Notes under the pieces: generated by a model
Database searches by the model: none
The model's input: only the letters and a program-made list of their open reading frames with translations
What the model was told of the DNA's origin: nothing
Program-made: the position numbers and the translations under genes
Source of the DNA: Myxococcales bacterium
GTDB lineage: Bacteria > Myxococcota_A > UBA9042
NCBI GenBank assembly: GCA_037441385.1
Contig: JBBISH010000025.1
Span: 1 to 60,360, forward strand
Direction of reading: 5' to 3'
Length of the DNA stretch: 60,360 nt
In this document: piece by piece, positions 37,985 to 49,398 of the stretch
Layout of the letters: each line of letters starts with the position of its first letter
How positions within the stretch are numbered: the first letter of the stretch is position 1

Positions 37985-39283
37985 ATGCCAGAACGACTGC
38001 TGTCGGCTGCCTCTGGGCAGCCATCCATCCCCACAGGTTCTCCCAGTCGCACTATGCGGCGGCCCGTGGCTCCGGGCCATTCTGCGCGTTCGGGTCTGAC
38101 CAGTGGCGAGTGGGCGCTGACAGGCTTCAGCTTTGGCGCGTTGGTGGCGATCGCGGTGGCGGTGGTGCTGCTGATGCGCGGGCCCATGCTCCCCGCCGTG
38201 ACCGCCGTGGTGGCGGCCTTGGTGGTCGCGGCCCTGCTGGTGGCGGTGGCGCTGGCGATGGCCCTGACGCTGCAGCTCAATAGCCGGGCTCGTGCAAAGC
38301 AACTGCGTGAAGTGGCTAGTGAACTGGGTGTCGGCGATCTGTCGGTGCGGGCGCCCACCGAGCCGTTGGACGACTACGGCCAGACCGGTCTGGCGCTGAA
38401 CGTCATGGCGGACCGGCTTGGGCGCTTGCTGCAGGCCCAGCGCGATCTGCTCGCGGGTGTGTCGCACGAGCTGCGCTCGCCGCTGGCGCGGATCGAAGTG
38501 GCGATCGAGTTGGTGCGCAGCGAACTTGCCGGCGCCGACCTGAGCGAGGTGCAGCGCGGCGAAACGACGCAATTGCTGGAGTCGGTCGGCGAGGAAGTGC
38601 AGCTGCTGGAGCAGCACATTGCGCGGCTCCTTGAAGCGCAGCGAGTGAGCGCCGAGGGCAGCTTGCCGCGGCGCACCGAAGTCTGCCTGGACGAGCTGAT
38701 CGAGCAGGTTCTGCGTCGCGAGTCGCGCCGGCTCGAACACCTGGGCTGGCAAGTCGAGACCCAGCTGGATTTGGGCAACGCTCGCCTCAACGGCGACAGC
38801 AACGCTCTGGACCGCGTCCTGTCGACCCTGGTCGAAAATGCCGTGCAGCACGCGGGCGAAGGCGTCGATGCGACCGGGCGGGTGGCCGAGCGGCGCCTGC
38901 GCGTCGAGACGGAACGCGAGCCCTCGGGGCGGGCGGTGGTCCGCTTTCTGGACCGGGGCCTGGGCCTGACGCCAGAGCAATGCGGCCGGGTATTCGAAGC
39001 GTTTTTCCGCACCGACCGGTCACGCTCGCAGGGCACCGGAGGCACGGGCCTGGGCCTGTACTTGGTGCGGCGCATCGCCGAGGCGCATGGCGGGTCGGCG
39101 CGCGCGCTGCCGCGGCCCGGTGGCGGGCTGATCATCGAGCTGCGGCTGCCGCTTACCGGTGGCGCACGCGAGGCCAAGGAGACGATCCGCATGTCGCTCG
39201 ACGGCAGCACCGATCGCTTCCGTTCGGCTCAGGCCAAGGCGAGCGACGGCAAGGTGGCCGACACAGGACCAAGCGAACTGTAA
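37985..39283 (+). CDS. HAMP-domain histidine kinase with no periplasmic sensor domain
   Basis: Two adjacent TM helices with a very short loop; 'VSHELRSPLARI'; 'LVENAVQH'; 'DRGLG'; 'GTGLGLYLV'. Confidence 0.9.
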   Translation: MPERLLSAASGQPSIPTGSPSRTMRRPVAPGHSARSGLTSGEWALTGFSFGALVAIAVAVVLLMRGPMLPAVTAVVAALVVAALLVAVALAMALTLQLNSRARAKQLREVASELGVGDLSVRAPTEPLDDYGQTGLALNVMADRLGRLLQAQRDLLAGVSHELRSPLARIEVAIELVRSELAGADLSEVQRGETTQLLESVGEEVQLLEQHIARLLEAQRVSAEGSLPRRTEVCLDELIEQVLRRESRRLEHLGWQVETQLDLGNARLNGDSNALDRVLSTLVENAVQHAGEGVDATGRVAERRLRVETEREPSGRAVVRFLDRGLGLTPEQCGRVFEAFFRTDRSRSQGTGGTGLGLYLVRRIAEAHGGSARALPRPGGGLIIELRLPLTGGAREAKETIRMSLDGSTDRFRSAQAKASDGKVADTGPSEL

Positions 39284-39340
39284 ACGGATGCCCCGGCCGA
39301 TGCGGGAGCCAAAGCCGTGGCCACGAACGAGATCGATGCC

Positions 39341-40639
39341 CTACCAGCGCCATTCGGCGCCAGCGGCCAAGCGGAACTCGGTTTCGGCGTAGAGCGGACT
39401 TTGCCCCGTGGGCCAGGCCTCGTGGACCCGCCAGCGCCGACCGGCGGCCAAGGCGGCATACCACGGCCCGTCGACCCGCAGGCGTGCCGACACGTAGGCG
39501 CTCCAGTCGATGGGGTCCGGACCCAGGTCGACGCTGCCGCCCCCCTGTTCGGCGCGCTGCCAGCGCTTGACCGCCCACGCGCGCAGCGACCAGCTGCCCA
39601 AGGGCTCGGAATTGTACCACAAGTAGGTGTCCAGCTTTTGACCCTGCTGGTGGTCCAATGCCAGCAGAATCCGCCCCAGGCCGCGGTGGACCCACTCGGC
39701 GCTAGCGCGACTCCCCCAGCCCGCTGGGAGCCCGCTTTGGCGGCGCAGCGGCCATTGCAGCTCGTACAACGGCCCAATCGCCGCTGGGGAGTAGCCGGTA
39801 CCCGCATAGCGCCCCTCTAGGGTCGCCGCCAGGCTGTCGCTCCGGCCGCGCAGCGCCGCCCGCAGGCCCAGGTGCGCGCCGACGCCGCGGTCGACCTGCC
39901 ACACGCCGTCCAGCCAAGCCAGCACTTGGCCGTTGCTGCTGGCCAGGATTTCGTAGCCCAAGTCGGCCACCAAGCTGGGCGCAAACGGCGCCGACAGGCT
40001 GCCCTGCAGATCGCTCGCCATTGCCCGAGTTTGCGTGCCGTCCGTCAGCCACACCTGTTCGCGGCGCTCGGCCGCCAGGCCCAGGCCGAACTCCATGCGC
40101 CGCAATCCGCCCCGAAACGGCCGCCCGTGTGCCCGCATGGCCAGCAGGTCCATGCGCAACAGGTCGCCCACCAGCGCCGTCACGCCGCTGGACTTGTTGT
40201 CGTACACCGCGTACGCGCCCGTGTGCCACACGTCGAGCAACTGGTTGTTGTAGTAGCGCCAAACCAGCGAGCCGTGCCCCAGCGTCACCCCGGTCAGGTC
40301 GCCCACGTGGACCTGGCCCTTGGTATCCAGGCTGCCCAGGTCCAGGTGGCGCAGGATCCGCAGCCAATCGCCCGGCTTGTCCCAGTCCTGGCAACGCAGC
40401 CCGGGCGTCGGGCAGCGGTCGGTCGGCTTGCCGTCCTGCATGCGCACGCGGATGGGTGCGCCCAGGCCCAGGCCAAAGTTCTGTTCGGCGTACTCGGCAA
40501 ACGGCAGCGCCTCGGCAAAGGTGTCGCCCGAACGCCAGGCCCCGCCCACTTCTACGCCGGCGCGAAAGCGCTCGCCCTCGGCCCAAGCGGGCGCGGCCAG
40601 CAGCGACAGACCCACGGCGGCGGCCAGCAGGCGCATCAC
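39341..40639 (-). CDS. Hypothetical outer-membrane beta-barrel-like protein
   Basis: Signal peptide ending 'APAWA'; amphipathic beta strands; terminal aromatic 'AEWRW'; start overlaps the xerC stop. Confidence 0.7.
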   Translation of the reverse strand: MMRLLAAAVGLSLLAAPAWAEGERFRAGVEVGGAWRSGDTFAEALPFAEYAEQNFGLGLGAPIRVRMQDGKPTDRCPTPGLRCQDWDKPGDWLRILRHLDLGSLDTKGQVHVGDLTGVTLGHGSLVWRYYNNQLLDVWHTGAYAVYDNKSSGVTALVGDLLRMDLLAMRAHGRPFRGGLRRMEFGLGLAAERREQVWLTDGTQTRAMASDLQGSLSAPFAPSLVADLGYEILASSNGQVLAWLDGVWQVDRGVGAHLGLRAALRGRSDSLAATLEGRYAGTGYSPAAIGPLYELQWPLRRQSGLPAGWGSRASAEWVHRGLGRILLALDHQQGQKLDTYLWYNSEPLGSWSLRAWAVKRWQRAEQGGGSVDLGPDPIDWSAYVSARLRVDGPWYAALAAGRRWRVHEAWPTGQSPLYAETEFRLAAGAEWRW

Positions 40640-41616
40640 GATGCCTTGGCCCGCGGATGGGCCTTGTCGTACACCCGCATCAGGTGCGCGGTCGAGGCGT
40701 GCGTGTAGCGCTGAGTCGTCGACAACCGCGCGTGCCCCAACAGCTCTTGCACTTCGCGGATGTCGCCGCCGGCGTCGAGCAAATGCGTCGCGAACGAGTG
40801 CCGCAGGGCGTGCGGGTTGATGCTGGCATGAAAGCCGGCCTGAATGCAGCGCTTTTCGAGCATGCGCGCCACGGAGCGGGTGCTGAGGCGGGTGCCGCGC
40901 CAGTTGAGGAACAGCGCCACCTCGGCGTCGCGACGTTCGGCTCCCGCTTGGCGGCTGCGCTCAAGAAGCGACAACCGCGCCGGCAGATAAGCTCGCAGGG
41001 CCTCTTGAGCCTTGCTCCCATACGGCACGATGCGGGTCTTCTTGCCCTTGCCTCGCACCCGCACCAGACGCTCGCCGTCGCGCACGTGCAACACGTCCAG
41101 GCCCACCAGCTCGCTCACGCGCAGCCCAGCACCATACATCAGCTCGATCAGCGCGACGTCGCGCAACTGCAGCAGCGGATCGCCATCGTCGCCCTCTAGC
41201 GGTCGGGTCAGCAGCGCAATGATCTCGTCCACGCTGAGCATCCGCGGCAGGGTCTTGGCTTGCCGCGGACCGCGCACGCCTTCGATCGGGCTGGCGTCGA
41301 CGCGGTCCATGCGCTGCAAAAACCTGTAAAAGCTGCGGATCGTCGACATGCGCCGCGCTACCGAGCTGGGCGCCAGGTGATCATGCAGCGATGCCAGGTA
41401 TTCGTGGACGGCGTCGCGTTCGGCACTCTCCACCGTGCGGCCCATCGTCGACAGCCACTCGGCGTAGTGGGCCAGATCGACCGCATAGGCCCGCAGCGAG
41501 TGCTCGGACAGGCTGCGTTCGACTTTGAGGTGGTGCAGAAAGGCGTCGACCGGCTCGCGCAAAGGGGCGGCGGTGGGCAACGGCGACGGCACGGCGGTCT
41601 GGTGGGCGACTTCCAT
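40636..41616 (-). CDS. xerC: Tyrosine recombinase, XerC type
   Basis: N-terminal 'ERSLSEHSLRAYAVDL'; catalytic R (GLRVSEL), K (GKGKKTR), HALRH, LLGH, TQRYTH. Confidence 0.85.
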   Translation of the reverse strand: MEVAHQTAVPSPLPTAAPLREPVDAFLHHLKVERSLSEHSLRAYAVDLAHYAEWLSTMGRTVESAERDAVHEYLASLHDHLAPSSVARRMSTIRSFYRFLQRMDRVDASPIEGVRGPRQAKTLPRMLSVDEIIALLTRPLEGDDGDPLLQLRDVALIELMYGAGLRVSELVGLDVLHVRDGERLVRVRGKGKKTRIVPYGSKAQEALRAYLPARLSLLERSRQAGAERRDAEVALFLNWRGTRLSTRSVARMLEKRCIQAGFHASINPHALRHSFATHLLDAGGDIREVQELLGHARLSTTQRYTHASTAHLMRVYDKAHPRAKAS

Positions 41617-41679
41617 GCGGCAAGGATGCCGCAGAGCCGTTACTTGTCGACTTTTTGGCCCGATCCGCTGACCGGCGGC

Positions 41680-42972
41680 CTACTGCTGGTGGTGCAGCGA
41701 CTCCTGCAGGTACGGGTCCTTGACGGGCACCAGCGACACCTTGGCCATCATCGCCGGCACGATCAGGAGGAACACGCCGCCGAGCAGCGCCATCGCGCCG
41801 AACTCCATGGGGCCAATGAACGGGCCGTGCAGGTGTTCCAGCTTGAGGTGCTCGGCGGTGAACTGCGACGTGCCCGGCATCACCTGCAGGTACAGGTCCA
41901 GCCAGAAGCCCATCAGCACCACGATCGCCACCGGCACCAGGATCGCCGGGTTGCGCTTATTGGGCCGCGGCAGCAGCGTGAAGAACGGGATCACCCAGTT
42001 CAGGATCACGTTCAAGGCGAACAGCGCGATCCAGCCCGGCTCCTGACGCAGCAAGAAGTAGCCCGTTTCTTCTGGAATGTTGGCGTACCAAATGAGCAGG
42101 AACTGGCTGACCCAGATGTAGGCCCAGAACGTCGAGAAGGCGAACATCATCTTGCCCCAGTCGTGCAGATGGCTGGGGTTGGCCTGCTTGAGGTGGCCGT
42201 TCTTGCTCAGGTAGACCAAGAACAGCGTACCCGCCGCCGCCGCAGCCTTGTGCGCGCCAGCGAACTGGTACACGCCAAACATGGTCGAGAACCAGTGCGG
42301 CTCGACCGACATCAGCCAGATCAGCGAACCGATGGTAATCGACAGGCCAAAGAAGATCAGGAACAGCACCGAGGTCAAGATGTTCTTGCCGGTGTGCTTG
42401 ACGTCGCCGTCGCCGTCTTGGTTCACCGAGTTCTTGCGCAGCAGGCTGGTCAGCAGCGTCCAACCGCCAAAGATGACGGCGACCGAGCCCAGGTACCAGG
42501 TCGGGTTCAGGATGGCCGACTTGTGTTGCAGCAGGTGATCCTCGGCGACGATGTCGGGATGCGACCATTCGTAGAGGTCGTGCATGCCCAAACCGCCCAC
42601 CACCAGCATGGTCAGCAGCGCCACGGGCAAGTAGGTGGTCATCGCTTCGGGAACGCGACGGGTGACCACGCCCCAACCCGCCTTGGTCACGTGCATGATC
42701 GCCACGATGAAGCCGGCGCCGACCGCGAGCAGGCCGAAGTACATCGACGCAATCAGCAGGTTCGACCACAGGCGCCAGGTCGGGTGCTCGCCGGCCGTGG
42801 CAAATCCCGCGCCCAACAGGGCCGCGCCGGCCACGAGGAGGGCCAGGGCGCCCTTCTTCAAGCCGCCCGGCACAGCAAACGCCACCGGCCCGTGGACCTC
42901 GGCGTGCTCGTGATCGTGGCCGTGGCCGTCGTGGTGTTCGAGTTCGGCGGCGTGTTCGTGGGTGTTGCTCAC
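41680..42972 (-). CDS. actF: Alternative complex III membrane subunit F
   Basis: 'LMSVEPHWFSTMFG', 'HLHDWGKMMFAFSTFWAYIWVSQFLLIWYANIPEET'; ~10 TM; last gene of the act operon. Confidence 0.9.
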   Translation of the reverse strand: MSNTHEHAAELEHHDGHGHDHEHAEVHGPVAFAVPGGLKKGALALLVAGAALLGAGFATAGEHPTWRLWSNLLIASMYFGLLAVGAGFIVAIMHVTKAGWGVVTRRVPEAMTTYLPVALLTMLVVGGLGMHDLYEWSHPDIVAEDHLLQHKSAILNPTWYLGSVAVIFGGWTLLTSLLRKNSVNQDGDGDVKHTGKNILTSVLFLIFFGLSITIGSLIWLMSVEPHWFSTMFGVYQFAGAHKAAAAAGTLFLVYLSKNGHLKQANPSHLHDWGKMMFAFSTFWAYIWVSQFLLIWYANIPEETGYFLLRQEPGWIALFALNVILNWVIPFFTLLPRPNKRNPAILVPVAIVVLMGFWLDLYLQVMPGTSQFTAEHLKLEHLHGPFIGPMEFGAMALLGGVFLLIVPAMMAKVSLVPVKDPYLQESLHHQQ

Positions 42973-43067
42973 GTTGGACCTCTTGGCACTCTAGGCGAGT
43001 CAGGGCTGGATGGAGCCCGAAGCGAACCTCAAATCAATGCGCACTTGGCAGGGCGAACCGCGCCGTC

Positions 43068-43760
43068 TTACTTGGCCGCGGGTGTCGCTGCAGCGGCAGG
43101 CGCGGTGGCCGTAGCCGCCGCCGCCGGATCGACCGGGGCCGCACCGTTCTGTTGCTGCAGGGCCCGCAGGTGCAAGATGATCTTCCAGCGGTCAAGCTGG
43201 TTGATCTGGCTGGCATAGCTGGGCATGTTGTTGCGGCCATACGATACGATGTGGAACAGATAGCCGTCGGCCCACTTGCCGGCGTTGCTGTCGGTGTAGC
43301 CGATGGGGAAGTTCCAGCCGGCCTTCTTGGCGACCAGGCCGGCGCCGCCGCCCTTGGCGTCGTGACACGGCACGCAGAAGGTGGCAAAGCCCCAGGCGCC
43401 ACGGGCCAGGTTTTCGGGCGAGGCCTCGACCGGCGCCGTGGGGTAGGCGGCAGCGGCGGCCAGACGGCCCGCCTCGTCGTTGCTGAAGTGGAGCGGCACA
43501 AAGTCGCGCGGAATCGTACCCGCCGGCGGCAGCTGGTTGACGCGGCCGTTGGCGAACACGGGCTTGCCCGTCTTGGCGTTCACCGGCGACGGCGCAAACG
43601 ACTCGGCGGCCGACGAGAACATCATGTGGTTGATCTGCGGCGCGAATTCCATGTTCGGCTCGCGTTCGACCTGGCAGCCCGCAGCGGTCACCAGCAGTGC
43701 GCCGAGCGTCAGCAAGGGGAAGCGCAGTCCCTTCATCGCCTTGTGCATCGAGTTCTCCAT
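43068..43760 (-). CDS. actE: Alternative complex III monoheme cytochrome c lipoprotein
   Basis: Lipobox 'AAGC'; 'PPAGTIPR'; single CVPCH; 'YGRNNMPSYASQI..DRWKII'. Confidence 0.9.
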   Translation of the reverse strand: MENSMHKAMKGLRFPLLTLGALLVTAAGCQVEREPNMEFAPQINHMMFSSAAESFAPSPVNAKTGKPVFANGRVNQLPPAGTIPRDFVPLHFSNDEAGRLAAAAAYPTAPVEASPENLARGAWGFATFCVPCHDAKGGGAGLVAKKAGWNFPIGYTDSNAGKWADGYLFHIVSYGRNNMPSYASQINQLDRWKIILHLRALQQQNGAAPVDPAAAATATAPAAAATPAAK

Positions 43761-43801
43761 GGCATGCGCCGGCTCGGAGCCGGTCGCGGGCGGCGGTGGG
43801 G

Positions 43802-44362
43802 CTACTGGCCCTGCACCCAGGTGATTTCGCTGGCGCCGTGGCGGCTGAGCAGGTCGCGGGCGCGGCCTTCGTCAAACCCCTTGGCGGCCGGATCCAGCAC
43901 GATCGCGAAGCGGTCGTCGGTGATGCCGGGCAGGCTGAACTTGGGCTTGTTGCCGGGGAAAAGCTTGTTGGCCGCCAGCAGCGTCAGGGCCGTGCCGATG
44001 CCGGCGAACAGCACCGTCAGCTCGAACAGGATCGGCACAAACGCCGTGACCGGCCAGAACGGCTTGCCGCCGACGATGAGCGGCCAGCCCGACCAGAACG
44101 GCGTCTCGATGGCCTGGGTGTAGCTTTGCAGGAACATCGAGGTGCAGAAGCCCAGGGCGGCAAAGCCGAAGCAGGCGTAGGTCATCCACGAGCGCGGCAG
44201 CCCCTGGGCAGTGTCCAGACCGTGCACCGGGTAGGGCGTGTAGCAGTCGTAGATCGGCAGACCGGCACCGCGGGTGGCCTTGGTGGCGCCGAGGATCTGG
44301 TCTTCGTCACCAAAGATGCCGACCAGGTACTTGTTGTCATGGGTGGTTGCGTGGGCAGTCAT
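43802..44362 (-). CDS. actD: Alternative complex III subunit D (DUF3341)
   Basis: 'YTPYPVHGLD', 'WPLIVGGKP..AFVPILFELTVL', 'TDDRF'. Confidence 0.92.
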   Translation of the reverse strand: MTAHATTHDNKYLVGIFGDEDQILGATKATRGAGLPIYDCYTPYPVHGLDTAQGLPRSWMTYACFGFAALGFCTSMFLQSYTQAIETPFWSGWPLIVGGKPFWPVTAFVPILFELTVLFAGIGTALTLLAANKLFPGNKPKFSLPGITDDRFAIVLDPAAKGFDEGRARDLLSRHGASEITWVQGQ

Positions 44363-44363
44363 C

Positions 44364-45791
<1,428 letters not shown>

Positions 45792-45876
45792 GGGAGCGGC
45801 TCCTTGCGTGCGTTGCGAGCGGCTGGGCTCGACTAAACCTTGATGCTGTTCAGCGTTCCGTACAGGTTGGGCGGGC

Positions 45877-48800
45877 TTACGCGCGCGACGAGTTGCGCAC
45901 CTTGGTCATGTAGCTGACGGCGGGCTGGGTGCCGACCTCGACCAGCGCCGAGTAGTTGCGCGGATCCATGTAGGCCTTGTGGACCTTGCTGCCCGGATCG
46001 TTGATGTCGCCAAACACCAGCGCCTCAGTCGGGCAGGTCTGCATGCAGGCCGGCTTGATGGCGCCGTCGCGCACGTACTTGGGCTGCAGCTTCTTGCCCT
46101 CGGCCTCGGCCTTCTCCACCTCGGCCAGGTTGGTCGGCTGCGGCTGGCCACCCTCGGCCGCCGGACGCAGGGCGTCGCTTTTGGCTTCCTGGATGCGCTG
46201 CACGCAGAACGAGCACTTCTCCATCACGCCGCGCGACCGCTTGACGATGTCCGGGTTCAGCGCGAGCGCCACCAGATCCATGTCGAACTTGTCTTCCATC
46301 TCGCGGGTGGGGTAGTTGAACCAGTTGAAGCGGCGCACCTTGTACGGGCAGTTGTTGGCGCAGTAGCGGGTGCCGATGCAGCGGTTGTAGGCCTGAGCGT
46401 TCAGGCCTTCGCTGGTGTGCATGGTCGCCAGGACCGGGCACACCGTCTCGCACGGCGCGTTGTCGCAGTGCTGGCACAGCATGGGCATGTGCACGACCTC
46501 GGGATTTTCGGCCAGGTCGAGCAGGTCTTCCTTGGTCGCGTCCCAGTCGTACTCGTTTTCCTTGTAGGTGCGCTTTTCGCTGTAGTAGCGGTCGATGCGC
46601 AGCCAGTGCATCTCGCGGCGCACCAGCACTTCCTTCTTGCCCACTACCGGCACGTTGTTCTCGATGTTGCAGGCCACCACGCAGGCGCCGCAGCCGGTGC
46701 ACGAGTTCAGATCGATAGCGAGCGACCACTTGTAGCCGGGGTACAGGTGTCGGCTCCACAGCGTGCGCGTCGTGCGCGGATCGTTGGCGCCCTTGTCGTG
46801 GAGCATGTCTTCGAGCTTGGCGTTGCCGGACTTGGGGTTCTTGGCCCAGGCCTCAAGCGTAGTCTCTTTGACCACATCGCGGTGCTCGTAGCTGTGGTGG
46901 GTCTGCGAGAAGGCGATCGGGTCCTTCTTGCCGGTGGGCTTGACGTCGGCCTTGGCGATGTCGGCCAGGGCGGCGAACGGATAGACGTTTTGGCCCACGC
47001 CCTCGGCGATGCGACCCATGCTGGCGGCACGGCCATAGCCAACCGCCATTGCCACGGCACCGTCGTGCAGGCCGGGGCTCAGCACCACCGGCAGCTCGAC
47101 CGACACGTTGCCCGAGCTGACGGTCACCACGTCGGACGACAGCAGGTTGCCCAGCTCTTGCGCGGCCTTGGGCGAGATGCACAGGTAGTTGGCCCAGGTC
47201 GCCTTGCTGATCGGGTCGGGCAGCTCCTGAAGCATCGGGTTGTTGGCGTGCTCACCGGTGCCCACGCCCACCTTGGGGTACAGCACGACCTCGAACTTGC
47301 CGGCCGAACCCAAAGTCGGCGCGGGACCTTGCAGTGCCTTGGCGGCGGCCGCTGCGTCGAACTTGCCCATCACGATCGGCGGCAGGGCCACGGCGACCAC
47401 CGGGGTAGCCGCAGCGGGCAGGCCTACGGCGCTGGCGGCTTCGGGCAGGGCAGCGGCGCTCGCGGCCACAGGCAGGGCCACCGGCGCGGCGGCGGCCGGC
47501 GAAGCATCAGCGGCAGCTTCCGCGGGTTGCGGCGCGGCCTCTTCGGCGGGGCTGCCGGCCTTGACCGGCGTGCTCGGCAGGACGATCGGCGCGCCGATGG
47601 CCTTGACTTCGACAATGCCGTCGCTCACGGCCTTGTCCCAGAACGCCTGGGCATCGGTCACGCCCTCGGCGCGCGGCGCGACACCGGCTTTCCAGTAGGC
47701 GCCGATGGCGTCGTACGCGCTGGCCTTGTCGCCTGACCACTGCAGCAGCAGATCCAGCGGGCCGCGCGTGTCAAAGAGCGGGTTGACCAGGGGCTGTTGG
47801 ACGGCGACCAGACCGGCGTGGGTCTCGGCATCGCCCCAGGCTTCCAGGGCGTGGTGGCTGGCGGCGACCAACTGGCACAGGGCGGCCGTCTCGTCGTGGC
47901 GGGTGGTGACCGCCAGCGACAGCTTGGCTTTCTTTAGACCTTCTGCCCACTTGCCAGCCAGGCGGCTGTCGTAGGCGGGGTTGACGCCTAGCAGGATCAC
48001 GCCTGTGACGTCGCCCTTGTTCAGGGCTTCGACCAGCGCCGCCTCTTCTTTGGCGCTGCCGCGGTAGCTGGCCATCGGCTTGTCCAGCCGGACCGTCGCG
48101 GCGTAGTTGCCCAGTGCTTCGTTGATGATGTTGACGGCGGCCTGAGTTGCCAGATCGGCCGAGTCGGCCACCACCAGCGACGTGCCCTGGTGGTCCTTGA
48201 GCAGCTTGGCCCACGCGCCCACCAGTTTCTGCTGGTCGGCGCTCACCTTGGCCTCTGGCACGGCCACGCCCGGCTGCAGCTTGGCCGCCAGGGCGAACAC
48301 CAGGCTCCGCTGCTCGCTGGGCAGGATGCGCACGCGCTGATCGGCGTTGCTGCCGGTCAGCGACAGGCGGCTCTCGACCTGGATGTGGGTCGACATGAAC
48401 TTCTTGTCGATCGACACCTTGCGCCCCGGGGCGTAGGCCTTCGCGAACTCGACAGGGCTGAGCCAGGTGGCCAAGAAGTCAGCACCAAAGCTGAGGATCA
48501 CCTCGGCCTTGGCAAAATCGTAGCTGGGGACGGCGCGCTTGGCGTGGGTCTCGGCGTGAGCGTCGGCGATGGCACCGGCGCCGAACAGACCCTCGTAGGC
48601 CACATAGCGGGCGCCGGGGAACTTGGCCAGGAATTTGCGGACGATGTCGCCGCTCGCCGGACCGTGCACCGCCTTGCTGACCAGCACCAACCCCTTGCCG
48701 TCGCTGGCGTAGGCGGCCAGGGCCTCGGCGATCTTCGCGTCCAAGTCCTTCCAGGTTGCGTCCTTGCCGCCGATCATCGGGCCCTTGACCCGATCGCCGT

Positions 48801-49260
48801 CGTACAGGCCCACGACCGTGCCCTGGCCGATGGCGCACACGCCGCCCAGCGACATGGGGTGATCGGGGTTGCCCTCGACCTTGATGGGCCGACCGTCGCG
48901 CGACTTGACCAGCACGCCGCAACCGGCCGGGCAGCCTTGGCAAACGGTGGCGTAGTACTGGCCCTTGCCGACCGTCAGCTCCTCGGGCTTGTCCACGTAG
49001 GGCAGCGCCTTGTGGACCGGCAGGCGACCGCAGGCGGCGGTGGCCGAAGCGGCGGCAAAGGTGCCGGCCAAGATCTTCATGAAGTCGCGGCGCTCGACCG
49101 CGCTGCCGTCGCCAGCGATCGGCGGCTTGCCCGACTCGTAGATGCGCGCCTCTTCGATGCTGGGATCGCCGAGCAGCTCTTCCACACTTTGGAAGTGGCG
49201 GATTTCGGGGGCCGCGGCCAGGTCCTGGTTGACGGGGGCGCTTTCGTTCTGGCGGTCCAT
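45877..49260 (-). CDS. actB: Alternative complex III subunit B (Tat lipoprotein; molybdopterin-oxidoreductase-like plus Fe-S domains)
   Basis: AGGAG RBS before ATG 49260; 'RRDFMK' Tat motif then 'TAAC'; 'GRPIKVEGNPDHP'; CTGCGACVVAC, CQHCDNAPCETVCP, RCIGTRYCANNCPYKVRRFN, RGVMEKCSFC. Confidence 0.95.
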   Translation of the reverse strand: MDRQNESAPVNQDLAAAPEIRHFQSVEELLGDPSIEEARIYESGKPPIAGDGSAVERRDFMKILAGTFAAASATAACGRLPVHKALPYVDKPEELTVGKGQYYATVCQGCPAGCGVLVKSRDGRPIKVEGNPDHPMSLGGVCAIGQGTVVGLYDGDRVKGPMIGGKDATWKDLDAKIAEALAAYASDGKGLVLVSKAVHGPASGDIVRKFLAKFPGARYVAYEGLFGAGAIADAHAETHAKRAVPSYDFAKAEVILSFGADFLATWLSPVEFAKAYAPGRKVSIDKKFMSTHIQVESRLSLTGSNADQRVRILPSEQRSLVFALAAKLQPGVAVPEAKVSADQQKLVGAWAKLLKDHQGTSLVVADSADLATQAAVNIINEALGNYAATVRLDKPMASYRGSAKEEAALVEALNKGDVTGVILLGVNPAYDSRLAGKWAEGLKKAKLSLAVTTRHDETAALCQLVAASHHALEAWGDAETHAGLVAVQQPLVNPLFDTRGPLDLLLQWSGDKASAYDAIGAYWKAGVAPRAEGVTDAQAFWDKAVSDGIVEVKAIGAPIVLPSTPVKAGSPAEEAAPQPAEAAADASPAAAAPVALPVAASAAALPEAASAVGLPAAATPVVAVALPPIVMGKFDAAAAAKALQGPAPTLGSAGKFEVVLYPKVGVGTGEHANNPMLQELPDPISKATWANYLCISPKAAQELGNLLSSDVVTVSSGNVSVELPVVLSPGLHDGAVAMAVGYGRAASMGRIAEGVGQNVYPFAALADIAKADVKPTGKKDPIAFSQTHHSYEHRDVVKETTLEAWAKNPKSGNAKLEDMLHDKGANDPRTTRTLWSRHLYPGYKWSLAIDLNSCTGCGACVVACNIENNVPVVGKKEVLVRREMHWLRIDRYYSEKRTYKENEYDWDATKEDLLDLAENPEVVHMPMLCQHCDNAPCETVCPVLATMHTSEGLNAQAYNRCIGTRYCANNCPYKVRRFNWFNYPTREMEDKFDMDLVALALNPDIVKRSRGVMEKCSFCVQRIQEAKSDALRPAAEGGQPQPTNLAEVEKAEAEGKKLQPKYVRDGAIKPACMQTCPTEALVFGDINDPGSKVHKAYMDPRNYSALVEVGTQPAVSYMTKVRNSSRA

Positions 49261-49398
49261 CGGGACTCCTCTTGGCGGAACGGTCATCGGCTCAGGGCAA
49301 GGTCTTGGGCGCGGGGCTTGGGTCCTTTGCTGGGCCGTTGGGCGGTGCGAAGCAGTCGGCGGGTGCCTTGCGGCCCGGCGCTGCCCCGGCACGAGCGG

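Noticed and set aside
40636..41616. Tyrosine recombinase as a prophage/island integrase or shufflon invertase for the paralog cluster
   Set aside because: Sequence is XerC-like; no att repeats, tRNA, phage genes or repeated inversion sites were seen, and the paralogs are all co-oriented and intact.
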